From Longimicrobiales bacterium (GTDB lineage Bacteria; Gemmatimonadota; Gemmatimonadetes; Longimicrobiales; Gaopeijiaceae): DNA of 64,000 nt. Made by a program: the position numbers and the translations under genes. This document shows positions 18,625 to 28,194 of this stretch, piece after piece. The stretch lies in contig OZ241869.1 in NCBI GenBank assembly GCA_965202805.1, positions 2,848,001-2,912,000 of the forward strand, read 5' to 3'. The notes under the pieces are model-generated. The model made no database searches, was not told the DNA's origin, and worked only from the letters and a program-made list of their open reading frames with translations. The first letter of the stretch is position 1, and each line of letters starts with the position of its first letter.

Positions 18625-21582
18625 TCAGAACACGAACCGCAGCACGAACGTGACGGTGGTCGGCGCGGGCACGCGGTCGGAGGTGCCGACGCCGTCGCCG
18701 TTCGCGCCGTCGTTCCCGGGGATCTCGACGTCCCACCATGGGATCTCCCGGTACCAGGTGAACGCGTTCGAGAGGGTGACGGTGAGCAGGGGGTCGCGGA
18801 TGCGGTCGGGGAGCGCGAAGCCGACGGGGATGGTGGCGGCGAGGCTCCGAAGCTTGAAGTAGTCGCCGTCGAACCAGTAGTCGTCGGCCCCGGCCGGCGT
18901 GCACCGCTCCCGCCAGAGATCGGGCGTGTCGGCCCTCAGGTCCAGCGAAGCCGACGGGTCGACGTAGTACGGCAGGCAGAGCGGCGAGACGACGCCCCTC
19001 GACACCGCGACGGGATTGACGAACCGGACGTTGCCGCCCCGGTACTCGCCGAGGGCCGCGACCGCGATCCCGCCCGGGATGCGGGCCGAGATCGAGGAAG
19101 CCAGAAATCGGGTCGGAAGCTGCGGACCGAGCGGCTGCCGCGCGTTGCCCTCCGCGTCGGTCAGGTAGCGGTCGGAGCTCCACGGCCCGTTGACGGCGTC
19201 CGGATCCGCGACCCGCCGGCCCCGGCTCAGGGGCGCCGGGTGCCCGACCACGAAGCGGGATTCCCGCTCGTTGAACGTGTCCGCGCCGCCCAGGTCGAGC
19301 ACCTTCGAGTGGTTCGTGCCGATCCCGAGCCCGACATCGACCGCCCAGTCCGCGGTGCTCAGAATCGCGGCGTCCAACTGAAGCTCGGTCCCCCGGTTGC
19401 GAATCCCGCCGATGTTGAGGAGCTCGCGGCGCTGGGGGATCGACTCGGCGTCGACGGTCACCGGCACCAGGGCGTCCGTGGTCGTCTGGACGTAGCGGGT
19501 GAAGGCGATGGTGAGGCGGCCGTCCAGCAAGTCCGCGTCCAGCCCGGCCTCCCACTCGGCGTTCGACTCGGGTTCCAGCACGCCGCCCGGCGCGGCGTTT
19601 GCCGGCGCGGCACCGCCCCAATACCGGACGGCCTGCAGGAACGGGCTCAGCGCGGTGCTCGAGTGCCCCCAGGCGGCGCGCAGCCGCAGCGCGCCCAGCG
19701 CCTCGGGCCAGAACGCCTCGTCGCTCGCCACCCACGCCAGCCCCACGCGCGGGTCGAGATGGAAGGAGGCGTCCCCCCGGGCCTCATGGCGGTCGACGCG
19801 CAGCCCCGTGGTGAGGAAATAGCGGTCCCGTAGCGCGAGCACGTTCTGTGCGAAGACGCCGGCGGTCGAAGCGCTGCCCGTCAGGTCGAGGGTCTCGACG
19901 TCGCCGGCCTCTCCCGTCGCCGGCAGGTCGTCGAACAGGCCCGCCCGGGACCGCGTCGTCCACCCGAGGTCGTCGGTCACGAGCTGGGCGCCGAACGACA
20001 GGGTCGAGCGCGTCTCGCCGCGCGTGAACGCCTTGACGCCGAGGTAGTCCAGCGTCCACAGGCGGCGGTCCCAGTCCCGCGTCGTGGTCGCGCCTTCCGG
20101 ACGAAAGGACCCGGGCAGGTACACGGATCGCAGGTCCTGGCGCGAGAAGTCGTAGCCCAGCGACAGGCGATGGGACGCGAGCGCGCTCCGGCTGAACGTC
20201 GTGCTGAGCCCCCCCGTGAAGCGGTCGATCCACTGGTCGTTGTGGTTGCCGAGCAGCCTCGCGATGTCGCGCGGGTCGGACGAGCCCAGGAGGTTGCGGT
20301 CCTGGCGCATCGTGCTCAGGAGGATGCTCTCCGTGCTCCGGCCCGACGCCGTGTTCGATGTCCGGAAGCTGGTGTAGGCCGCCCGGACGCGCGCTTCCAG
20401 GCTCGGCGTGAGGGCCAGCCCCAGGTTGCTCCGGAACGCGTAGCGCTCGAGCCGGTCGAGCGGGAGGGCGTAGGTGTCGTCCTGGTATTCGGCCGACGCG
20501 AAGTAGTCCACGGTCCGGGAGCCCCCGTCGACCGCGAGCCGGTACTTCCGGTACCACTGGCTCCCCGGCCAGCTGCAGCCCCCGTCGGCCGACCCGTTGG
20601 CGTCCTCCCAGCGGGGGTCGTCCGTGACGCAGTCCCCGGACGCGGCGCCTCCCTCGTAGCCTCCGCCCCACCAGGCGTCGCGCAGGAAGTGCTCGACGTG
20701 CAGGTAGTCCACCCCGTTGACCCCGAACCGCGGGACCCAGCCCGTGCCCTGCGACACCTCGGCGGTCCAGCGCGGAGGACCCCTCACGCCGCGCCTGGTG
20801 AAGATCCGGATGACGCCGTTCGACGATCCGGTCCCGAAGAGGGTGGTCGCCGCCGGCCCCTTGATCACCTCGATGCGCTCGATGTCCCCCACGCTGACCA
20901 GATCCAGCGGGCTGGTCGTGACGTTGGCGCCCCCGGGGAGCCCGACGCCGGGGCGGTCGAAGACCTCCGACGGGAAGGCGCCCTCCATCATGCGCACCCC
21001 GTCGATGTAGACCAGCGGGTGGCTGGACAGGACCATGCTGCCGTTGCCCCGCAGCCGGATCTGCCTGCCCTGGCCCGCCTCCGCGCTGCCGCCCGTGACC
21101 TCCACGCCGACGGCGGCGCCCTGCAGAAAGTCCGACAGGGTCGGCGGGCGGTCCAGCACTTCATCGATCTCGAGCCGGGCCACGGTATTGCCGACCTCGC
21201 GCCCCCGCCGGATCCCCGCCTCGCTCGTGACGACGATCTCGTCCATCGCGACCGGCTCCGGCGTCAGCGCGAAGTCCACGACCACGGCGCCGTCCTCCGG
21301 CACGCTCACCGGCCGCCGGAGCGGGCGGTAGCCGATGAGCTCGACCCGGAGGACATGGTCACCGGACGGCACCGCAAGGAGCATGAACCGTCCGTCGTCG
21401 CCGGAAAGGCCGGTGGCGGCCGAGCCTTCCAGGATCAACTGTGCACCCGGAAGCGCCGCTTGCGACTGGACGTCGCTCACGCTGCCCATGACGGTCCCGG
21501 TCTGGGCGGAAAGGCCCGGGGCCACGCTCGCCGCCAGCAGCAGCGCCGAGGCAGTCGAGGTCAGGGTACGCGGACCCTTCAA
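18625..21582 (-). CDS. SusC/RagA-like TonB-dependent outer-membrane receptor
   Basis: TTG start overlaps the upstream TGA. Signal peptide, carboxypeptidase-regulatory-like N-domain, plug IRLRG..PLVYIDGV..DIERIEVIKGPAATTLFG..NGVI, LEPE..EWEAG, N.G.IRNRG.E, C-terminal Phe. Confidence 0.92.
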   Translation of the reverse strand: MKGPRTLTSTASALLLAASVAPGLSAQTGTVMGSVSDVQSQAALPGAQLILEGSAATGLSGDDGRFMLLAVPSGDHVLRVELIGYRPLRRPVSVPEDGAVVVDFALTPEPVAMDEIVVTSEAGIRRGREVGNTVARLEIDEVLDRPPTLSDFLQGAAVGVEVTGGSAEAGQGRQIRLRGNGSMVLSSHPLVYIDGVRMMEGAFPSEVFDRPGVGLPGGANVTTSPLDLVSVGDIERIEVIKGPAATTLFGTGSSNGVIRIFTRRGVRGPPRWTAEVSQGTGWVPRFGVNGVDYLHVEHFLRDAWWGGGYEGGAASGDCVTDDPRWEDANGSADGGCSWPGSQWYRKYRLAVDGGSRTVDYFASAEYQDDTYALPLDRLERYAFRSNLGLALTPSLEARVRAAYTSFRTSNTASGRSTESILLSTMRQDRNLLGSSDPRDIARLLGNHNDQWIDRFTGGLSTTFSRSALASHRLSLGYDFSRQDLRSVYLPGSFRPEGATTTRDWDRRLWTLDYLGVKAFTRGETRSTLSFGAQLVTDDLGWTTRSRAGLFDDLPATGEAGDVETLDLTGSASTAGVFAQNVLALRDRYFLTTGLRVDRHEARGDASFHLDPRVGLAWVASDEAFWPEALGALRLRAAWGHSSTALSPFLQAVRYWGGAAPANAAPGGVLEPESNAEWEAGLDADLLDGRLTIAFTRYVQTTTDALVPVTVDAESIPQRRELLNIGGIRNRGTELQLDAAILSTADWAVDVGLGIGTNHSKVLDLGGADTFNERESRFVVGHPAPLSRGRRVADPDAVNGPWSSDRYLTDAEGNARQPLGPQLPTRFLASSISARIPGGIAVAALGEYRGGNVRFVNPVAVSRGVVSPLCLPYYVDPSASLDLRADTPDLWRERCTPAGADDYWFDGDYFKLRSLAATIPVGFALPDRIRDPLLTVTLSNAFTWYREIPWWDVEIPGNDGANGDGVGTSDRVPAPTTVTFVLRFVF

Positions 21583-23174
21583 CCGCCGGCCCGCCCGGAA
21601 TTGGCTCGGTCGCCGCGCTGCGTCGGCCAGGGCGAGCCGGCATAGCCACCGTTCGCCGACTCCGTCTCGACGATCCCGTGTACGGTCCCCCCATCCGAAC
21701 GGGAGGAGGCGGCGGCGATGATCGTGCCATCGACACCGATGGCGGGCGATGTGCGGACGCGGACATCCGAGACGACGTCGCCGCCCGGCTGATAGTCCCA
21801 AAGGAGCCTGCCCCGGGCGTCGAGCGCCGTGACGCCGCGGCCCGAGCCGACATAGACGTTGCCGTCCGCCCCCAGGATCGGCGTGGTCCGGTACCCGGAC
21901 GTGCTTGTATGGAAGTGCCAGCGAATCGAGCCGTCGGGATTGATGGCGAACAGGCCCCTGCCCAGAACATAGATCGCGCCGTCCGGACCGATCGAAGGCG
22001 GCGAGTTGACCTGTACACGAGAGCTCTCGTTGCCCTCGATGGGGCGCCTCACCACGACGCTCCATCGCTCGCTTCCGTCGGGGTCAACCGCGTAGAGCCG
22101 TCCGTCGTAGGAGGCGACGTAGATCGTCCCGTCCGCGCCGATCGAAGGCGGCGCCCTGATCAGGTCCCCCGTCTGGAACGTCCACCGCGGCGAGCCGTCG
22201 TGGTTGATCGCATGCAAGGCATGATCGTCTCCGCCGACGTAGATCGTGCCGTCGCGCGCGACCGCGGGCGAGGAAAAGGTGAAGGTTCTGACGGGGGTCT
22301 CGTAGGTCCACCGGATCTCGCCTTGGGGATCCACCGCGTAGACGTGGTGCCCCCGGGCCACGTGGATGGTCCCGTCCAGTCCGAGAGCGGGAGACGACGA
22401 GATTCGGTCGAGGCCGTCCAGTATCCAGCGAATGGATCCGCCGGGATCCACGGCGACGAGGGCGCCGCCGGAGCCGATTGTGGAGCCGAAATACAGCGTC
22501 CCGTCCGCCCCGATGGCGGGCGTCGACCGGGTGGTGAGCCCAGGCAGATCCACGGTCCAGAGAATGCCTCCCTGAGGCGAGAGGGCGTACCAATGACTTC
22601 GTTCGCCAGGGTTGTCATCCCACCCGACGTAGATTGTGCCGTCGGCTCCGATCGCGACGCCGGCCCTGACCGATCCTCCCCTGCTCCCTTCCGGAAAGGA
22701 CCAGGCGAGCGGAAAGGACCAGGCGACGCGCGCCCGCTCCCGCACCGTGACCGTCAGCCTGCCCGTCACCCCCTGACTGGTCGCGGTGATGGTCGCCGTG
22801 CCGTCGCTCAAGCCGGTGACGGACCGAGTGGACCCGCCATTGCTCAGAATGCTGTCCCCGCTCACGGACGCGATCTCGGGCGCGGAGGACGCCCACGCAA
22901 AACGGTCGGGATCAAAGGCCGTGCGGTACAGCGTGGTGCCGTCCGCGGCCAGCGCCTCCGCAAATGGGCGGAACCGGGTGCCGAGGAAACCGATGGTTCG
23001 TTCGGATGGCGTGATCCGGATCGAGGCGACGACCGTGTCGGGGCCGGATGGAGCGACCGTGTCAGGGGCCGTGGGACCGACCGGCGCGGCGCGCTCTCCG
23101 CCGCACCCGCCGACCGACAGCCACAGGCACGCGCTCGCGGCGGGCAGGATCCACGCCCGGCACAGGGGGATCAT
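21579..23174 (-). CDS. Ig-like (Big_2) + PQQ-type beta-propeller lipoprotein, paralog P6
   Basis: Lipobox VGGC, Big_2 motif W.SSAPEIASV..GTATITATS, repeated SPAIG.DGTIYVG..LYA.DPDG..RW blades. Confidence 0.88.
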   Translation of the reverse strand: MIPLCRAWILPAASACLWLSVGGCGGERAAPVGPTAPDTVAPSGPDTVVASIRITPSERTIGFLGTRFRPFAEALAADGTTLYRTAFDPDRFAWASSAPEIASVSGDSILSNGGSTRSVTGLSDGTATITATSQGVTGRLTVTVRERARVAWSFPLAWSFPEGSRGGSVRAGVAIGADGTIYVGWDDNPGERSHWYALSPQGGILWTVDLPGLTTRSTPAIGADGTLYFGSTIGSGGALVAVDPGGSIRWILDGLDRISSSPALGLDGTIHVARGHHVYAVDPQGEIRWTYETPVRTFTFSSPAVARDGTIYVGGDDHALHAINHDGSPRWTFQTGDLIRAPPSIGADGTIYVASYDGRLYAVDPDGSERWSVVVRRPIEGNESSRVQVNSPPSIGPDGAIYVLGRGLFAINPDGSIRWHFHTSTSGYRTTPILGADGNVYVGSGRGVTALDARGRLLWDYQPGGDVVSDVRVRTSPAIGVDGTIIAAASSRSDGGTVHGIVETESANGGYAGSPWPTQRGDRANSGRAGG

Positions 23175-24763
23175 CCGCCCGTCCGCCCCGTATTGGCTCG
23201 ATTGCCGCGCTGCGTCGGCCAGGGCGAGCCGGCATGGCCGCCGTTCGCCGACTCCGTCTCGATGATCCCGTGTATGGTGCCCCCGTCCGTTTCGGAGACG
23301 GACGCCGCGATGATCGTGCCATCGACGCCGATGGCGGGCGATGCAAGGAAGTGGTCATCCCAGGGGACGCTACCCGGCTCGTAATCCCACAGCAGCCTGC
23401 CCTGGGCGTCGAGCGCCGTGACAGCAGGGCCCGAAGCAAGATAGACGCTGCCGTCCGCCCCCAGGATCGGCGTGGTCCTGTACCCGGACGTCCGTGAATG
23501 GAAGTGCCAGCGAATCGAGCCGTCGGGATTGATGGCGAACAGGCCGTCGCCTAGGAGATAGATCGCGCCGTCCAGACCGATCGAAGGCGGCGAGTTGACA
23601 CTTACAGAGGAGCCCCCGAAGCCCTCGGGGGTGCGCCTCACCACGACGCTCCATCGTTCACTCCCATCGGGGTCAACCGCGTAGAGCCGTCCGTCGTAGG
23701 AGGCGACGTAGATCGTGCCGTCCGCCCCGATCGAAGGCGGCGCCCTGATCAGGTCCCCCGTCATGAACGTCCACCGCGGCGAGCCGTCGCGGCTGATCGC
23801 ATGCAAGGCATGATCGTCCCCCCCGACGTAGATCGTGCCGTCGCTCGCGACCGCAGGCGAGGAAAAGGTGAAGGTTCTGACGGGGGTCTCGTAAGTCCAC
23901 CGGATCTCGCCCCGGGGATCGACCGCGTGGACGTGGCGGCCGCCGGCCACGTGGATGGTCCCGCCCGGTCCGAGAGCGGGAGACGACGAGATTCGGCCGA
24001 GGCCGCTCAGTATCCACCGAATGGACCCGCCGGGATCCACGGCGACGAGGCTGCCGGCGGAGTCGATGCGGGAACCGAAATACAGCGTCCCGTCAGCCCC
24101 GATGGCGGGCATCCCCCAGAAGGTGAGCCCGGGCACGTCCACGGTCCACAGAATGCCTCCCTGAGGTGAGAGGGCGTACCAATGGCTTGTTTGCGCGGGG
24201 TAGTCATTCCACCCAACGTAGATCGTGCCGTCCGCTCCGATCGCGACACCGCCCCCGATCAATATTTCCGCGGTCGCTTCCGGAAACGACCATTCGAGCG
24301 GAACGGACCAGGCGAGCCGCGCCCGTTCCCGCACCGTGACCGTCAGCCTGCCCGTCACCCCCTGACTGGTCGCCGTGATCGTCGCCGTGCCGTCGCCCAA
24401 CCCCGTGACGGTGCGAGTGGACCCGCCGTTGCTCAGAATGCTGTCCCCGCTCACGGACGCGATCTCGGGCGCGGAGGACGACCACGCAAAACGGCCGGGA
24501 TCGTGACCCGTGTGGTACAGCGTGGTGCCGTCCGCGGCCAGCGCGTCTGCAAATGGGTAGAACCGGGTGCCGAGGAAGCCGATGGTCCGTTCGGATGGCG
24601 TGATCCGGATCGACGCGACGACCGTGTCCGGGACCGAGGGAGCGACTGTGTCCGGGACCGAGGGAGCGACCGGCGCGGCGCGCTCTCCGCCGCACCCGCC
24701 GAGAACCAGCGACAGGCACGCGCTCGCGGCGGGCAGGACCCGCGCCCGGCACAGCCGGATCAT
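23171..24763 (-). CDS. Ig-like + PQQ-type beta-propeller lipoprotein, paralog P5
   Basis: Same architecture; start MIRLCRARV at 24763 in an ATGA overlap. Confidence 0.88.
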   Translation of the reverse strand: MIRLCRARVLPAASACLSLVLGGCGGERAAPVAPSVPDTVAPSVPDTVVASIRITPSERTIGFLGTRFYPFADALAADGTTLYHTGHDPGRFAWSSSAPEIASVSGDSILSNGGSTRTVTGLGDGTATITATSQGVTGRLTVTVRERARLAWSVPLEWSFPEATAEILIGGGVAIGADGTIYVGWNDYPAQTSHWYALSPQGGILWTVDVPGLTFWGMPAIGADGTLYFGSRIDSAGSLVAVDPGGSIRWILSGLGRISSSPALGPGGTIHVAGGRHVHAVDPRGEIRWTYETPVRTFTFSSPAVASDGTIYVGGDDHALHAISRDGSPRWTFMTGDLIRAPPSIGADGTIYVASYDGRLYAVDPDGSERWSVVVRRTPEGFGGSSVSVNSPPSIGLDGAIYLLGDGLFAINPDGSIRWHFHSRTSGYRTTPILGADGSVYLASGPAVTALDAQGRLLWDYEPGSVPWDDHFLASPAIGVDGTIIAASVSETDGGTIHGIIETESANGGHAGSPWPTQRGNRANTGRTGG

Positions 24764-26355
24764 CGGCCCGCCCGCCCGGTATTCGCGCGATTGCCGCGTT
24801 GCGTCGGCCAGGGCGAGCCGGCGTAACCGCCGTTCGCCGACTCCGTCTCGACGATCCCGTGTATCGCGCCCCCGTGCCGATCGGAGGAGGAGGTCGCGAT
24901 GATCGTGCCATCGACACCGATGGCGGGCGAACCGAGGACATGGACACCCGAGAAGCCGTAGCCACCACCGGGCTGGTAGTCCCACAGGAGCCTGCCCTGG
25001 GAGTCGAGTGCCGTGACGGAGAGGCCCGAACCGATATAGACGTTGCCGTCCGCTCCCAGGATCGGCGTGGTCCACCACGAGGACGCATTCGTATCGAAGT
25101 GCCAGCGAATCGTGCCGTCGGGATTGATGACGAACAGGCCGTCGCCCAGGACATAGATTGCGCCGGCCGGCCCGATCGAAGGCGCCGAGTTGACATCTGC
25201 AGAGCCCTCGAGGCCCTCGGGGAGGCGCATCACCTCGACACTCCATCGCTCGCTCCCGTCGGGGTCAACCGCGTAGAGCCGTCCGTCGTAGGAGGGGACG
25301 TAGATCGTGCCGTCCGTGCCGATCGAAGGCGGCGCCCTGATCAGGTCCCCTGTCTGGAACGTCCACCGCGGCGAGCCGTCGCGGCCGATCGCATGCAAGG
25401 CATGATCGTCCCCGCCGACGTAGATCGTCCCGTCGCTCGCGACCGCGGGCGAGGAAAAGGAGAAGGTTCTGCCGGGGGTCTCGTAGGTCCACCGGATCTC
25501 GCCCCGGGGATCGACTGCGTGGACGTGGTGGCCGCCGGCCACGTAGATGGTCCCGTCCGGTCCGAGCGCCGGAGACGACAGGATTCCGTCAAGGTCGTCC
25601 AGCACCCACCGAATGGAGCCGCCGGGATCCACGGCGACGAGGCTGCCGGTCAAGCCGATTCTGGATCCGAGATACAGCGTCCCGTCCGCCCCGATGGCGG
25701 GCGTTGACCATTTGGTACTGGGGAGATCGACGGTCCAAAGTATGCTACCCTGCGGCGAGAGGGCGGACCAATGGCTTCGTTGCGTAGATGAGTCATTCCA
25801 CCCGACGTAGATCGTGCCGTCGGCTCCGATCGCGACGCCGGCCCAGATCGATCCTGTTCCGGCCCTTTCCGCAAAAGACCATTCGAGCGGAACGGACCAG
25901 GCGAGACGCGCCCGTTCCTGCACCGTGACCGTCAGCCTGCCCGTCACCCCCTGACTGGTCGCCGTGATGGTCGCCGTGCCATCGCTCAACCCTGTGATGG
26001 AAGGAGTGGACCCGCCGTTGCTCAAAGTGCTGTCCTCGCTCACGGCCGCGATCTCGGGCGCGGAGGACGACCACGCAAAACGGCCGGGATCAAAAGCGGT
26101 GCGGTACAGCGTCGTGCCGTCCGCGGCCAGCGCCTCTGCAGATGGGCGGAACCGGGTGCCGAGAAAGCCGATGGTTCGTTCGGATGGCGTGATCCGGATT
26201 GACGCGACGACCGTGTCGGGCGCGGTAGAAACGACCGTGTCAGGGACCGAGGGAGCGACCGGCGCGGCGCGCTCTCCGCCGCACCCTCCGAGAACAACCA
26301 GCCACAGGAACGCGCTCGCGGCGGGCAGGACCCGCGACCGGCACAGTCGGATCAT
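24760..26355 (-). CDS. Ig-like + PQQ-type beta-propeller lipoprotein, paralog P4
   Basis: Same architecture; start MIRLCRSRV at 26355 in an ATGA overlap. Confidence 0.88.
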   Translation of the reverse strand: MIRLCRSRVLPAASAFLWLVVLGGCGGERAAPVAPSVPDTVVSTAPDTVVASIRITPSERTIGFLGTRFRPSAEALAADGTTLYRTAFDPGRFAWSSSAPEIAAVSEDSTLSNGGSTPSITGLSDGTATITATSQGVTGRLTVTVQERARLAWSVPLEWSFAERAGTGSIWAGVAIGADGTIYVGWNDSSTQRSHWSALSPQGSILWTVDLPSTKWSTPAIGADGTLYLGSRIGLTGSLVAVDPGGSIRWVLDDLDGILSSPALGPDGTIYVAGGHHVHAVDPRGEIRWTYETPGRTFSFSSPAVASDGTIYVGGDDHALHAIGRDGSPRWTFQTGDLIRAPPSIGTDGTIYVPSYDGRLYAVDPDGSERWSVEVMRLPEGLEGSADVNSAPSIGPAGAIYVLGDGLFVINPDGTIRWHFDTNASSWWTTPILGADGNVYIGSGLSVTALDSQGRLLWDYQPGGGYGFSGVHVLGSPAIGVDGTIIATSSSDRHGGAIHGIVETESANGGYAGSPWPTQRGNRANTGRAGR

Positions 26356-27953
26356 CCGCCCGCCCGCCCGGTATTGGCTCGGTTGCCGCGCTGCGTTGGC
26401 CAGGGCGAGCCGGCGTAGCCCCCGTTCGTCGACTCCGTCTCGACGATCCCGTGTATGGTGCCCCCGTCCGTGTAGGAGACGGAGGTCGCGATGATCGTGC
26501 CATCGACACCGATGGCGGGCGATGCGAGGACGTAGACTCCCGAGAAGCCGTAGCCACCGGGCTGGTAGTCCCAAAGGTGCCTGCCTTGGGCGTCGAGCGC
26601 CGTGACGGTACCGCCCGAGCCGATGTAGACGTTGCCGTCCGCCCCCAGGATCGGCGTGCTCCTGAACCCGGACGTCCCTGAATGGAAGTGCCAGCGAATC
26701 GAGCCGTCGGGATTGATGGCGAACAGGCCCATGCCGAGGACATAGATCGCGCCGTCCGGACCGATCGAAGGCGGCGAGTTGACCTGTCCAGAGAAGCCCT
26801 CGTAGGTGCGCATCACCACGACGCTCCATCGCTCGCTCCCGTCGGGGTCAACCGCGTAGAGGCGTCCGTCGTAGGAGGCGACGTAGATCGTGCCGTCCGC
26901 ACCGATCGACGGCGCCGCCCTGATCAGATCCCCCGTCTGGAACGTCCACCGCGGCGAGCCGTCGCGGTCGATCGCATGCAAAGCCATATCCTCCCCGCCG
27001 ACGTAGATCGTGCCGTCGCTCGCAACCGCGGGCGAGGAAAAGGTGAAGGTCCTGACGGGGGTTTCGTAGGTCCATTGGATCTCGCCTTGGGGATCAACCG
27101 CGTGGACCTGGCGCCCGCCGGCCACGTAGATGGTCCCGTCCCGTCCGAGAGCGGGAGACGACGAGATTCGGTCGAGGCCGTCCAGCATCCACCGAATGGA
27201 TCCGCCGGGATCCACGGCGACGAGGCTGCCCCGGGAGCCGCTGTCGGAGCCGAAATACAGCGTCCCGTCAGCCCCGATGGCGGGCATCCCCCACTTGGTG
27301 AGCCCGGGTACGTCCACGGTCCAGAGAACGCCTCCCTGAGGCGAGAGCGCGTACCAATGGCTTGTTTGCGCGGGCTTGTCATTCCATCCGACGTAGATCG
27401 TGCCGTCGGCTCCTATCGCGACACCGGCCCCGATCAATATTGGCCCCACCGCGTCCGGAAAAGACCATTCGAGCGGAACCGACCAGGCGAGACGCGCCCG
27501 CTCCCGCACCGTGACCGTCAGCCTGCCCGTCACCCCCTGACTGGTCGCCGTGATGGTCGCCGTGCCGTCGCTCAACCCTGTGACGGTGCGAGTGGACACG
27601 CCGTTGTCCAGGATGCTGTCCCCGCTCACTGATGCGATCTCGGGCGCGGAGGACGACCACACAAAAAGGCCGGGATCGTGACCGGTGTCGTACAGCGTGG
27701 TGCCGTCCCCGGCCAGCGCCGCCGCTGCCGTGCCGAACCGGGTGCCGAGGAAGCCGATGGTTCGTTCGGAGGGCGTGATCCGGATCGACGCGACGACCGT
27801 GTCGGGGGTCGTGGGAGCGACCGTGTCCGGGACCGAGGGACCGACCGGCGCGGCGCGCTCTCCTCCGCACCCGCCAAGAACCAGCGAAAGGAACGCGCTC
27901 GCGGCGGGCAGGACCCGCGCCCGGCACAACCGGATCATCCGCCGCACGGCCAT
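26352..27953 (-). CDS. Ig-like + PQQ-type beta-propeller lipoprotein, paralog P3
   Basis: Same architecture; start MAVRRMIRLC at 27953 (alternative 27938). Confidence 0.88.
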   Translation of the reverse strand: MAVRRMIRLCRARVLPAASAFLSLVLGGCGGERAAPVGPSVPDTVAPTTPDTVVASIRITPSERTIGFLGTRFGTAAAALAGDGTTLYDTGHDPGLFVWSSSAPEIASVSGDSILDNGVSTRTVTGLSDGTATITATSQGVTGRLTVTVRERARLAWSVPLEWSFPDAVGPILIGAGVAIGADGTIYVGWNDKPAQTSHWYALSPQGGVLWTVDVPGLTKWGMPAIGADGTLYFGSDSGSRGSLVAVDPGGSIRWMLDGLDRISSSPALGRDGTIYVAGGRQVHAVDPQGEIQWTYETPVRTFTFSSPAVASDGTIYVGGEDMALHAIDRDGSPRWTFQTGDLIRAAPSIGADGTIYVASYDGRLYAVDPDGSERWSVVVMRTYEGFSGQVNSPPSIGPDGAIYVLGMGLFAINPDGSIRWHFHSGTSGFRSTPILGADGNVYIGSGGTVTALDAQGRHLWDYQPGGYGFSGVYVLASPAIGVDGTIIATSVSYTDGGTIHGIVETESTNGGYAGSPWPTQRGNRANTGRAGG

Positions 27954-28112
27954 CGGGTACCGCAGGTGTGGCGGCTGAGCTTCATTCAGCTTTCTACCTC
28001 CATCGCTGAGGAGCCGGCGAAGGTGGGTCCGGCGGAGACAACTTAGGTAAACGACCCGCCGGACGACGAGAGGTGCGCACAGGACCTGCAGAAGATGATC
28101 GGCCTCCAAACA

Positions 28113-28169
28113 CCCCGGAACCCGAGGGCCGGAGTTGCTGGCAGTGCAACCCGGCCCTCGGGCTCGGGG
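28113..28169 (-). terminator. Long stem-loop, probable terminator
   Basis: CCCGAGGGCCGG(A)GTTGC-7 nt-GCAACCCGGCCCTCGGG, followed by a short TGTTT on the minus strand. Confidence 0.55.
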
Positions 28170-28194
28170 ACCGACGCCTGTCTGGAAAGGCTAG

